Source: Phallusia mammillata (lineage: Eukaryota). Taken from it: a DNA stretch of 64,000 nt. A program made the translations under genes and the position numbers. The DNA is taken from NCBI GenBank assembly GCA_965637545.1, contig OZ281495.1, positions 5,642,001 to 5,706,000 on the forward strand, read 5' to 3'. Shown piece by piece: positions 35,933 to 47,515 of this stretch. Within the stretch, counting starts at the first letter, position 1. Every line of letters starts with the position of its first letter. The notes below the pieces were generated by a model, which was not told where the DNA came from, did not search any database, and saw nothing but the letters and a program-made list of their open reading frames with translations.

Positions 35933-36900
35933 CAATGGTTCCCAAACTTTTGACACAGTGGGACCGGTAAAAATTTTGAACAATTTCCACGGACTGGCAA
36001 AAAAGATCTTAGTGAATGCAACAGCTATTTATAATCTTTTTGTTCACCAAAGTTGTCGTTGCGCAACATAATGCAAAATAAAGTCATAGCCCATGTATTT
36101 AGGACAAACATTACAACCAAACGGCAAACTTAAACAACAAAACGTCAATTCATTTACATATAAATCAATGTTAGTGTGATGTTTGCTGGTGGGTCGCAGC
36201 CAGTATGCGAGGCAAACGAGGCCTCAACAAGGTTTCTGAAACTCGTAGCTCCGCTTCGGCATCTAGTCGATTTCTTTGTTATGTTTTAATTAAAGTTAGC
36301 GATGAAAAAGATTTCTCCCACAAGCAGCAGATTGAAATAAACACCAATAATTTTGTTGATTTGTGAGTTAGACACGGATATTTGTTTTCAAAAAATATCC
36401 AGAATTGTGTTAGTGGTTGTTTTTTGTAGCTGGACTGCAAAGTAGAATCAGGAGCACAATTCAATCAGACTTTCTTTTTCATAGAGTTCAAAGTTGCATG
36501 TGTTGACATCTTCGTTGAATGGATTGTTGATCCAAAGGTTTCTACGTCGAAGATCTTCATGGTCCGGAAAATAATAGTTAAAATTGTTAGCCAACTGTTT
36601 TAAGTGTTATCTTGCAATGTTCAGTAACTCTTTAACATTTACATCAACACTGTTCAAATACTCATTTCAATTTGGAAACATAATTGTGTTTTTTTGCACA
36701 AGACTATCATAAAGTGCCAGCTTGTTTATGAAAGCATATGTCCTGTTTCTCAGTACAAATATATTCGTACAAAAGCCTTGAAGTATTAAGCTCGTTCACA
36801 CATCTAAATATATTTGCCAAGTACGCAAGCTTACACAACCACATCTCAACCAACAACCCAGTAGCCAAAAATGTGCTTTTGGGGAGTTCATTTCTCTCGA
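35933..36900 (-). pseudogene. Degenerate hAT (Buster/ZBED5-like) transposase with one TIR at 35933
   Basis: Minus strand: WLCKLAYLANIF..NELN, LKQLANNFNYYFPD, LWINNPF, LTQFW..YP.L, WEKSFSSLTLIKT*QRNRL..Q.SH*; CAATGGTTCCCAAAC TIR downstream. Confidence 0.8.
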
Positions 36901-39220
36901 TAAATGTGTTGTTTCTTCAAGAAGTTCGAATAGGCAAGAATCAAAGGAGGATCAACTGCTCAGAGAAAAGCAGTTTGACTAGACCAAACACAATCCAGTA
37001 CCTGAAAAAATATGCTGAAGAAAAAATAGAAATGGTAAACATGGCCGTGACCTATAATTTCGTAAGGTGTGTCACACATGGAAAAGATTTACCAGTGAGT
37101 TTCCACCTTTATACCGATGTACAAGTATGTGACTTCAAACGGTTTTGCGTTCCAGGTTAAACAGTATTTTGCAGAGACAAAATATTTAATTTGCAGTGGA
37201 TAATGTTGGATTATTATCAGCAGATCTGCAAGGGTTGTTTTTTAGGCCGTTGGAAACAGCAAAAAAGTGGCTGATTATTTCAGATATGAAGCAAATCTAA
37301 GGTGTTTCTGTCAAAATTTGCCTGATTTTTTCTTTTGTCATCGTATTTCTTTTCTTCACGTATTTTCGGTTTGTTTATCATTTATCTAAACGCATTCTGT
37401 TTTTGTTTACACTTTGCTTTTTTAAGTTCTCTGCTGCAATGTTGTTTTTGAGTCCATCATATAAAGTTACGGTTAGCATTTTTTTAATTAATTATTTTCT
37501 CTTTTTTTTTCTGTTCCTTCGTCATCTGTTTATCTGGTTTCCTTTTTCATTTCCTTATGTGCTTTCGGTTTGTCTATCATTCTTTCACCTGTATTTCTTT
37601 TCATAATCACGCCTTGTTCACACATTGTTTTTTTGTCCTATTTTTTCCCCATTTATTACCGGTTTTTGTTATCGTAGTTCATTGTTAGCTGATCTTTTTA
37701 CTCTGGTTTTCCTACCACAATCATCTTTTTCGTCCCGTGCCCTTCTTTGTTTCTTTAGTACATTTAGTAGTAGGCTACACTTGCTTGTCGATCCATCTCT
37801 TTTTCGTTTTTGTTCTTTGCTTAAATGTAAATTGGCAAATTTTTCCGATGGGTGATTCTTTTCTTACCTTTGTATGTTTTCTGTTTTGTTTATTCATTTG
37901 ATTGCCTGTTTTGAAATCAAGGGTGGGTGACAATGTGACCTTAGGGTCTTTCGCCACCCTGCCGCTTAAACAGCGCAAAAATAAAATTACTACTACTTCT
38001 ACTGATGAGCCTCTGGATTACGTAGAACATCGTTTTTTTGCCACTTCTGAAAGATCAAGTGTGGAATTCAAAAAAGGAGGTTGGATACATTTAGATAAAC
38101 AAAAAGTGTCGAGTCAGCAAACCATGTTATGAAATCAAAAACTGACTGGAAACAACCAAACCTGCCATAGCTTATAGCGATGTTGCATGAAATCGTCACA
38201 AGTCAATACACAGACGTCAAAAAAGCAATCGTGGGATTTCCACTTTGCACCGGAATTTAACGTTTTAATGTTAGAGTTACACGCATTTTTAGATTTATTA
38301 ATTTTATGAAACGAAAAAACAAGGAAATCTGCATAAACTTACAGAAGTGCCACCGAAAACTGCTGGAAAAAAGAAAAAGAAAAAGCAAAGTATGCGATCT
38401 CACAAAACCCAGCAGCAAAAGTGACGGGTTGTTGTATGGTTTTTCAGAGTAGGCTACTTTGTTACGACATTTGTTGATGATGTTTCTTGTATTCGTTTGT
38501 TTGTGTCTTGTTTTAAGTTCCTTTATGTCAACACTAAAGTCAACACAAAACTTAGAGGTTATTTGGAAACCTGTTTCCATATGTTTAGTTTTGTACATTA
38601 GATTTTAATATTTTTTAGTAGTTGAACTTCAGCCTCATGGAATTTGATTGCGCCAAAACGGGTCATCTGTAGCATGTAGATTATCGTCAAAACAAAACGA
38701 GTTACCTGCAGCATTTTAGAGCTATGTTGCACCTATCACAAGTTTAGTCGCATAAAAACGGTTAGCTGCACTAAGTACGAGTTCCGTCGAGTCTAAACAA
38801 GTTACCTGCTGTAATCGAAGTATCTATAGCAAACAAGCAAAGTACTGCACTAAATACGAATTTAGTTGATTCTAAACGAGTTACTTGCACTGACCAAATT
38901 ACCTAGCCATTACCAAGCATACCGAGAGAGGTACCTGGAGCACCTAGTAGTGCACCAAGCGGCCCAGTGGTATTTGAAGGCACTCAAGTTTGGCAACCCC
39001 GGGTTAAGTGTTTGTAAAATAGACCGAAAAGAAGATAATTACTTATCTGAATGAATAACTAGTGCGAGGAGTGGGTGTTTATAGGGTGCGTCGACGTCAA
39101 AGTTGAACGTTTAAGAAATAATGTCGTTGATAATATCGATGCCCAAGAACGAAATGCAAACCGTCAGAGGGCACTGAACAAACAATGCGTACCCTCTACC
39201 CGGCAGGATGTAACTGAATG

Positions 39221-39358
39221 GGCAGGAACTTGGCCGAATGGTCCGGCGCGCCTGACCCATATACAGACATAAAAACCCTGATCGGGATTCGTCCCCGGGA
39301 GAGTCCTGGGTTCGAACCCCGTGAAAAAAAAAAAAAAATTAAAAAAAAAAAAAAAAAA
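39221..39358 (+). mobile_element. tRNA-derived (Leu/Ser-like) SINE with poly(A) tail and 16-bp TSD
   Basis: A box TGGCCGAATGG, B box GGTTCGAACCC, A-rich tail; AGGATGTAACTGAATG duplicated at 39205-39220 and 39359-39374. Confidence 0.9.
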
Positions 39359-39690
39359 AGGATGTAACTGAATGAACTATGGATTAGAATTAACTTCAGA
39401 ACGTATTTTTGTGTAGTAGCGCTTGGACTCGGAATGTGTACATACGGTTTACAATATTTGTTAAGCTTGTTATTTGTTGTATTTACCAGTAATTTTTAGA
39501 AATCAGTATTGTAGTATCGCTTGTAAGTATGCAAGTGCATTGCTTTACAACACCACATACACTATTTCTGTATGTAAATATGCAAGTGCATTGCTTTACA
39601 ACACCACATGCATTTTAGCGTTAGATTTATAACTGTTTGTCAGAAACTTACATGGTATTAATTTTGTGTTCTGGCAGGAATCTCGTAACA

Positions 39691-42600
39691 ATGATCACAT
39701 TTATTTTTAATTTGTGTGCTGTGGTTTTGATGCTCTCCGAACAAGACTTGTTTGCTGGTAAGTTGTGTAAAGTACTGTGTGGTTAAAGCATTTTTTTAGA
39801 ATGATCAGAAAACAATTTCTAAAGCAAGAATTTAATGATTCTAGATGCACAAGAAGTGACTGTTACTGGATTTAACAACACCAATACCAATACTGTGTCA
39901 ATTGGCTTTCAGCCTGTTTTTGAAGTATCAGTAACTATAGCTGCTGTTACCTCTTGTCAGTGGAATTCAAACTTACATGATTCAATTTTATTTTATTTTT
40001 CTGGCTGTGAGGATGCTTCCACACTCTCCCCTGATGATGTAACATGTACTGAAACAACAACAACTGCAACATCCACATACAGAATACCAGCAATTACTGC
40101 TGACATTACTGTTGGTGTTAGTTGTACCCCTAACGGGGCTGGATCATTTAGTCTCCAAGCTGAATGTAAGTAAAACTTACCCATAATTATTAAGTTTGCT
40201 TTTTTTCAACTCACAATATGTACTTGACAATATGACTCAGAGTGAAGCAAAACACCTTAGAGAGTATCACATCTTATATTGCTGTTTGTTGTTACTTTTC
40301 ATCATAGAACCAAAAATTACCTTTCTTAACCTAACATTAACTGTTTAGACTGCAAAAACCTCACACTAATCGGAGTTATGAATGATGTCCCGGCAAATCA
40401 AGGATACCTCAGTACTCATACTTTTTCATGCATGGAGCCAATGTACGAAGGAGAGCCAGTAACTGCTGTTTGTGAAGCTAATGCTCTATGGAATTTGACA
40501 TTACTGTTTTGCTCTGAAGGTTTAACTTTTTATTATTTTGGCATACTGTTTATTTAATTGGTTGTCTGCAACAACAACCTGCTAGCATTGTAAAGGGAAT
40601 TAAAGACCATGTATTTTATCAAAAAAATGTCCATTGTATTTTTTCAACATTTTTTTTCAGTTTTAAATCCACTTCCACCTGTAGTAGTGTAATTGTTCTA
40701 AAAGTTAATGTTTTGTGTTTTTAAGAATTTCCTGTGACATATAGTTGCATAGTATTATACATAGAAATCAATTTGCACGAATTGTCTTTTTAACCTATTT
40801 AAACTCTCTAAAATTTATTTGCTTTTGAAGTTCCTAGTTGTAACAATTCGGAGATAAGGGCAACTAGCACACATGAAGCACCACCTCTTGGCATAACCTA
40901 CTCACCCAACACAGTAAGGTTGAATTGTATTGGAAATCATACAGGAATAGTGACATCACAGTGTTTACGGAGTGGAATGTGGGATATTACTGACAACTGC
41001 AACGGTATTTTTTTAGCATCTATGTGCTTATTCACAATTTTTTTTAACAGCCTTAAAAAAGCATTTATTTGTTTGGACATAGAAATTTGTTAGCGTTTCT
41101 GATTTCATACTTGGACTTTTCAACATGTTTGATGTATTTTCAAAACATTTTGTTTAAATTTTGTTTTGTTATGTTCATAATTTAGTCCTATTAATGGGCT
41201 GCTAATTCAAAAATTCACCTTGATTTACAAGCATCTGCTTTCAGAAATAGTATATACTTGTCATGATAAAAACACACATATATATATAATTCAGATCAAT
41301 ACACTGGTTAACACCATGTTTTATTTTGTTTTTAATAAATTTCCAATTGTAGTTCATAGCTGTTTAAGTAAAAAAGGCTTGGAAATTGTAGATATGCTTG
41401 GGCAATTTGATCATACAAGTAGTGTATGTACTGGTAAACAATGAATTTACATATTGGATACATATCGAGTGTATTTACAAATCAATTTTGAAAAACATTG
41501 AAATGGTCAAACTAAATTATAGCGAACAATTAGCAGGCTTAGATAATATCACCAAATGTAGATACATGATGTTGGAATTTTTCAGGGACATGCATTGAAA
41601 GGTTGATTCCATCAGATGTTTCATTCACCAACGTTTTGGTTGGCATTTCACAAGTAGGTGAAACTGTGAATATCCCTTGCAATGTTGGATATACCGGCAC
41701 TGCAACAGCAACATGCGCTGGTCCTGGCCTATGGAATGTGCAAAACTGTTTGGGTAAATATTGTGTTGTACTACTTATGTCATATCAAGCACCTCTGTAG
41801 CTGCTTTTGTACATTTTAGCTGTGTGTGAGGTTTTTCCAAGTGGCACTATGAATGAAACATACTGCTCTGCAAACACCAGTTTTTTGTCAATAACTGAAG
41901 AAAGTCCCTCTACTGTGCAATGTTGCAGAAATCCAGGTGCTACTGCAACAGCTAGTTGTTCTCACCTGCGGGAGGTAACTGTGACTTTGGATTGTTCAGC
42001 CTCAGGTATACATACATAGATATAATTGTGTGTGAAATGACATGTGCACTATACAACATGGCTTGATTATACATTTTGACATGGTTACTGCAAGTGTTTT
42101 CAGCAAAATGCCAGTGGTCCCTTTCTTTATTAAATTTTGGTGAAACCTGTGGTTTTTTGTGTGTGCATAAAACATGTCAAACATTATCTGATTTATTAGT
42201 TGAACATTAAAAACACTGCTAATTAAGATCAATACATTTAAAATAATGCTGTCCTTTTTTCTTCTCTGTGTGATTGTGTGTTTAAAAGTTATATTTAGTT
42301 TTTTTTCTCTGTCATAATTTATGCATGTCTTTCAAGTGGTTGTTTTTTATTTATTTTTTGTAATTTTTTTGTAAGCTAGGATTTTACAATCCAAATTATA
42401 ACAACATAAATATATCTGTTAACTTTATTTATGCATTAGATACTACACCTGCTTCTGTAAGTAGTACTGACAGAGCAACTGATAGTTCTGTTGCTGCTTC
42501 AGTAACTTCAGTGTATGTCAGTAGTTTGACAGAGCAAACTACTTTTGTGTCAGGTAGTATTTGCATGTGAATAAAATGGCAAAATCTTTTAGCTTAAAAA

Positions 42601-45441
42601 CACATCCGAGCTTATTTGGTCACTAGTTGCTATCAATGCTTATCTATAGGTAACGGAACAAATTTTCCTTAACTTATTGTTTGTACTGCATTACATCAGC
42701 TTTTCTTAAACTTTTTACTGCATGGCACACTTATAAAATAAGCAAAGTTTTGAGTGATACAGTCAGGTAGTCATTGACTTGGATTATGGGTGCACCTGGC
42801 ATCCACTCACGACACCCTATTTGCGAATAACTGCATTTTATGGTTTTAAAACAGATTTGAGTCCAGGATATTAAAGATTTTGCGCCTTTTCAAATATAAA
42901 AATATATTTAGGTGATCTCTTAACTTGGTTATAGTGGAAAGCTACTGTTTATTTTCGAATATAATAAGTAACAACCTGAATTAGTCCATACTTGTCAGAG
43001 TCAACGGAATCTTAAAAGTCAAGTTCAGAGTCAGTATGCTAATACTATTAAAAAAAATACGGTGGAATAATTTGTCTTTGTGTACTGTAAAACAGAAACA
43101 TGAATTTAAGCGATAGCGTTAGTGAATGGGCATGTTTTCTCATTTGCAGTTTTGTTCAAATATATCAACAACTTTATTTAATTGTTAAAATTTGCATTTA
43201 TGTTTTTTTAGTTTTTTGCATTGCATGTTGTGGTGATTTTTATTTTAACTACATGCATGCTTCAATTCGCAGAGATTTGAGATTTGTCTTATGATTTATT
43301 TATACAATACCACTGTTTTTTTTTTAGTGCATGTTTAACCAACCTGTACTGTTTTTGTTTAAAGTGTTTGAATATTTTACCATTAGTGATTCATTTTTAG
43401 AAAATACAGAACAAACTGAAACAGTATTAACCCAAACAACATTACCTGCTACTACTGGTACAACTGACAATGGGGGTGTTCTCAGTACATCTGAAGGTGT
43501 TTATACCATTACCACAAAATAAAAATGCCTAAATAATTCAAGCATGATACAAATGATATGATAGGAGTAGAAACAAAAACTGCCAAAATAGTTTTCCTTA
43601 GCACTTTATGTCTTAGAATCTTGTAAATTTAACAGCTATTTTCATTACTGTGTTACTAAGTTATAACAGATAATTAGAGCATCAGAAAAAAATTGACTAT
43701 TTTAACACCCTTTTAATCATCTCCAACTGCTCTTATAGAAATCAAAATTCATTATCATCCCAAACTTTTATAATCCTGTGGTGAATTATGATGTGGTATA
43801 CCAGATAGTTTTTAATCAGTGCTCATTGGGTAGTTTTTTCCTAATTCTTTTAAGCTTTATTTTTAGTTTCTTTTGATGTTTATCAATTAATGTAACTGCA
43901 TGTGTTAATGGTTTTTATTTTATGTTAGATTTAGCAGTAGATACATTATGGTTGATCGTATATCATATGTGGTTTATTGTGTTTTGTTTTCTGTAGTTAC
44001 TTCCACTGGTAGTTCTGTTAGTACTGGTAGTTCAACGTCTAGCATTAGCACAGGTACTGATTAGACTACATAAAACACACTTGTCCTATAACTCAGTTGT
44101 CCAATGGTTTGTGCAGACAACTTGCATATGTAAAGCATAAAAGTAAGATAATACAATCATATTTTCTACATATTTAAACACGAGCATAGTATTCTGACAT
44201 GGTAATATATGTATAGCATTGATAGTGTACTGCTTGATGTTTTTATCATGTTTAGGCATTAACAGTGTTGTTTACAATGTAAGTAATGTCTTTACTAGTT
44301 TTAAAATTGACTGATCACGATCTAAATTTCTTTGCAATTAAACAGATATGTCAACTGATACTACGTTGGTGAAAGGTAATTTGTGGGTGTCTTGTAATAA
44401 TTTGTTGTACTAATGGAGATCTGCTTTGGCATAAACAGCTTGATAATGTGATGTTATTTGTCTCTTTTACCACTATACATTTGCATGTTAGTTTTTTATT
44501 TACCAAAACAAAAATTTACTGGTAAATGAAAATGTTGAATAAAATCAAACCCATTAAGCTTTAAATCCAGGGGTTCTTGAACTTATGGGTTTGACGCTAA
44601 TTATTTAATCCTAACACCCCTAAATAGTTATTAGTCAATAACTGCATTTTTTAGATTATGCCCATGAGGGGCAATCGACTAAATGTATCTGCATGTTTTT
44701 ATGCTTGGCTGCATGGCTGTGTTATTTCAAAAGGTTGCAATGGGAATTTAGGATTTTTGTTGGCCCTCAATTTACATATTGCTAATTTTTTCGGTCTATG
44801 TTAATTTTTACTTTAGTTTTAGACACCAGTGGATGGAATTTTTACAAAACATACCACAGAATTGATATCTTTATGCATAGTATTTTATTGAGTTGAAAAT
44901 AGCAGTGAAGAACTATAAAAAGAAATTAAATAAATCAATAGCAAAAATGGATTGCTCTGTCATTTTTTAAATTATGACAATTCTTTTACAATTTGGACAA
45001 AAATGCTTGAACTATAAAAGGAGTCAGATAGTGTGTTTATTTGCATACTGAACTTTCTAGCTATTACTTCAATAAACAATAAATCACCTTTTCCAAGCAA
45101 GTTAGCATGACTTTCTGCTTTTATGGGACCACTGGCAATCTTAATATTATTTGTACAATAGTTTTTAGTTTTAGACAAAAAACTTGTCATTTGTTAATTT
45201 GGTCTGTTGTTTGTATTTACAGAATCACAAACTGGCAAAATTGTTGGAGGTGTAGTTGGATCCATTCTTGGTTTGATTGTGGTGGTTTGCATCATATGTT
45301 GTTTTAAGGGATGTATCAAACGAACCAAATTTGAATGTGCCAAAACCAAATTGTGCGAACGCTGCGCCTGCCTTTGTTGTGTGTGCTGCATTTGCAAGGT
45401 ACATGGATTCACTTTATGCGAAAAGGAAAATAATGACAAAG
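39691..45441 (+). CDS. Type I membrane protein: signal peptide, Ig-like/beta domain, four sushi-like domains, Ser/Thr stalk, TM, Cys-rich cytoplasmic segment (3' end unresolved, possibly to ~47.9 kb)
   Basis: All phase-1 exons: 39691-39757 (MITFIFNLCAVVLMLS..), 39845-40165, 40349-40519, 40831-41004, 41586-41753 (CNVGYTGTATATCAGPGLW), 41820-42005, stalk 42440-42553, 43401-43496, 43997-44053, 44346-44375, TM exon 45223-45441 (IVGGVVGSILGLIVVVCIICCF..CERCACLCCVCCICK). Confidence 0.85.
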
Positions 45442-45817
45442 GTAAGTAAAATGCCAAGAAATAAGCTAAAACTAAATACACAGAAGAACTCCTGATAGAC
45501 CACTGCTTGGGATTCAGTTTAAAATTAAATTAGGATTGCAATTCCTGTGTAAAATGGATAAAGCCCAGATTGCAATTAGATTTCAATAAATACCTTGATT
45601 TTCCTCACCACTTAGCTTTGTTTGTCATGTTACAACCTTAAGAAAGGATTGCTATACTGTTAGAAAAATTGTCACTGCTAAAATTGAAAATCAAAGCCAT
45701 ATTTACAATTCTCAAATAAAATTGTAGCAAAGGGATCAAAAGTTGCACCAGAAACACAAACTATAGAAATGTGAAAAGTTGCAAAAAAGACAAAATAGGT
45801 AGGAGCATGGTTTAACT

Positions 45818-46109
45818 CAGTGATTCCCAAACAATTTCAAACACATACCAATCGAACGACATTGAGCAGTGTTTATAATGTCAAAAAATTTTGCTCATTT
45901 GCAAGAACTTAGGTTTCACTACAACAGCTGACATCAATAAAACATTCTCTGTTAGGTCATAACTGTGTAAATTTGAATATAAGTAATTATGGATCAAGAA
46001 TTCACAACATGCAGGTTTAAACTTATTTTTTCATAAATTCTTGCCACCTAAAATATGCTTGTGTATCATCCGAAAAAGGTCTTCATGTATCACAGTTTGG
46101 GAAACACTG
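45818..46109. mobile_element. hAT MITE
   Basis: TIRs CAGTGATTCCCAAAC / GTTTGGGAAACACTG; TSD GTTTAACT/ATGTAACT (6/8). Confidence 0.75.
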
Positions 46110-46248
46110 ATGTAACTGATACTTTCTGTACTAGTTTTATTTCTTTTGATACATTTATTGCATGTTGTACTCTTGTGTTTGTTATGGTTTAACTGAAACC
46201 TTTTTATAATGCTAATGTCACTTTCTTCTGTTTTCTATCAGTTTAAAC

Positions 46249-46613
46249 CAGTGGTTCTCAATTTATTGTTGTTGAAGCCAAAAGGTAGTTTTTCAAGGGT
46301 GTAAGGTGCAGCAAAAAAAAAAAAAAAAAATTAAAAAAGGAATGCAGGTGAACAGAAAACAACAAAAATCTAAATAGCTACTTTTTTAATAACGCCTCTC
46401 CACAGAAAAGCTCAAGTTCTAACTTTTAAGACACAATTATCTTTGTTTGTAATTATATAGGTAATAAATTGATTAAATAATTACAGTGCTTATATGTAAT
46501 AGATTATAATGCATGGTAATATTAAACTGTAGTGATTTTCTGACATCTGGTGAGGGCATAAAAATGTAGTTGGGAGCAGCATGCGGCCCTGAGAGCACGT
46601 TTGAGAATCATTG
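46249..46613. mobile_element. hAT MITE
   Basis: TIRs CAGTGGTTCTCAA / TTGAGAATCATTG; perfect TSD GTTTAAAC. Confidence 0.85.
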
Positions 46614-47294
46614 GTTTAAACTGGAAATAATTTAATTTAAGTTTAGCAGTTTGCATGCTACACTTTATGTCCAACTTGACTGCAGCTAATTGTATAATGA
46701 GCTTTGCTCATAGGTGTACAGATTTTTTTTACCATTCAAGTTTGTAAGTCTAATTCAAGTAAGCGAAAATAAATCTCATTCAAGTTTAAAAAATTATGCC
46801 TAAGTTTTGTTTGTACATTACTAGAAACATTGTAGTATTTAAAGCAGAGATCAACAACCTACAGCCTTCTTACAAAGTGGCTAATTATAAAAAAATCACT
46901 TAATAAATGAAAGTATGTGTTTAAACTCTGCTGAGGGTTTTACAAAGCTTGAATTAGAAACAGTTGCCACTACTATGTCTGCGGGATTTAAAAAAAATCA
47001 GTAACTGATGGACTTGGGTTTGTCCACTTTTTGTTATGATGGCGAAATTTACCTATCAATTACACAAAATTCAAGAAGTTTAATACCATGTAAACAGTAA
47101 TGAGAATGGAATTACAAGTGAACAGTTAGTATGGCCTACTGCGAGTGGTCTGGGTTTTGGCCTGCCACATGTGAAAGGTGACAGACCCTGGTGAAAAGAA
47201 AAGAAATAAATACTAAGTAAATGTTTAAGTGCTATTTGTATTAAAGTTGTCAACTCCAGTAAGAGGGCTTTTCAATTGGACTTAATACTGTAAA

Positions 47295-47515
47295 TTTAAT
47301 GGTGAAAATAACCGCCTAAATAGCTGTATAAAGCGACATGCTTTATTTTTGAAACATTATAGCAAAATGCTCATGCCATCATCACTGATATGAAGGCCAC
47401 ATCAGTTACAGCAGTTTATATATCACTGATGATGGCATAAGCATTTGCCGAAACGTTTGAACAATAAAGCATGTCACTTTTTATGTCTAATTGGGCCGTG
47501 ATTTTCACCATTAAA
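47295..47515. mobile_element. Fold-back mini-element of two inverted hammerhead-containing arms (Penelope-like pLTR derivative)
   Basis: ~95-bp imperfect inverted arms (TTAATGGTGAAAAT... / ...ATTTTCACCATTAA) around a short spacer; the right arm has an intact core, the left arm a mutated one (GTGATGA). Confidence 0.75.
47423..47460 (+). ncRNA. Minimal type I hammerhead ribozyme motif
   Basis: TCA-CTGATGA-T-GGCA[TAAGCATT]TGCC-GAAAC-GTT-TGA: core, 4-bp stem II, palindromic ACGT stem III, 3-bp stem I; predicted cut after 47457. Confidence 0.75.

Noticed and set aside
39221-39325. Functional tRNA gene
   Set aside because: Acceptor and anticodon arms do not close; poly(A) tail and TSD indicate a SINE.
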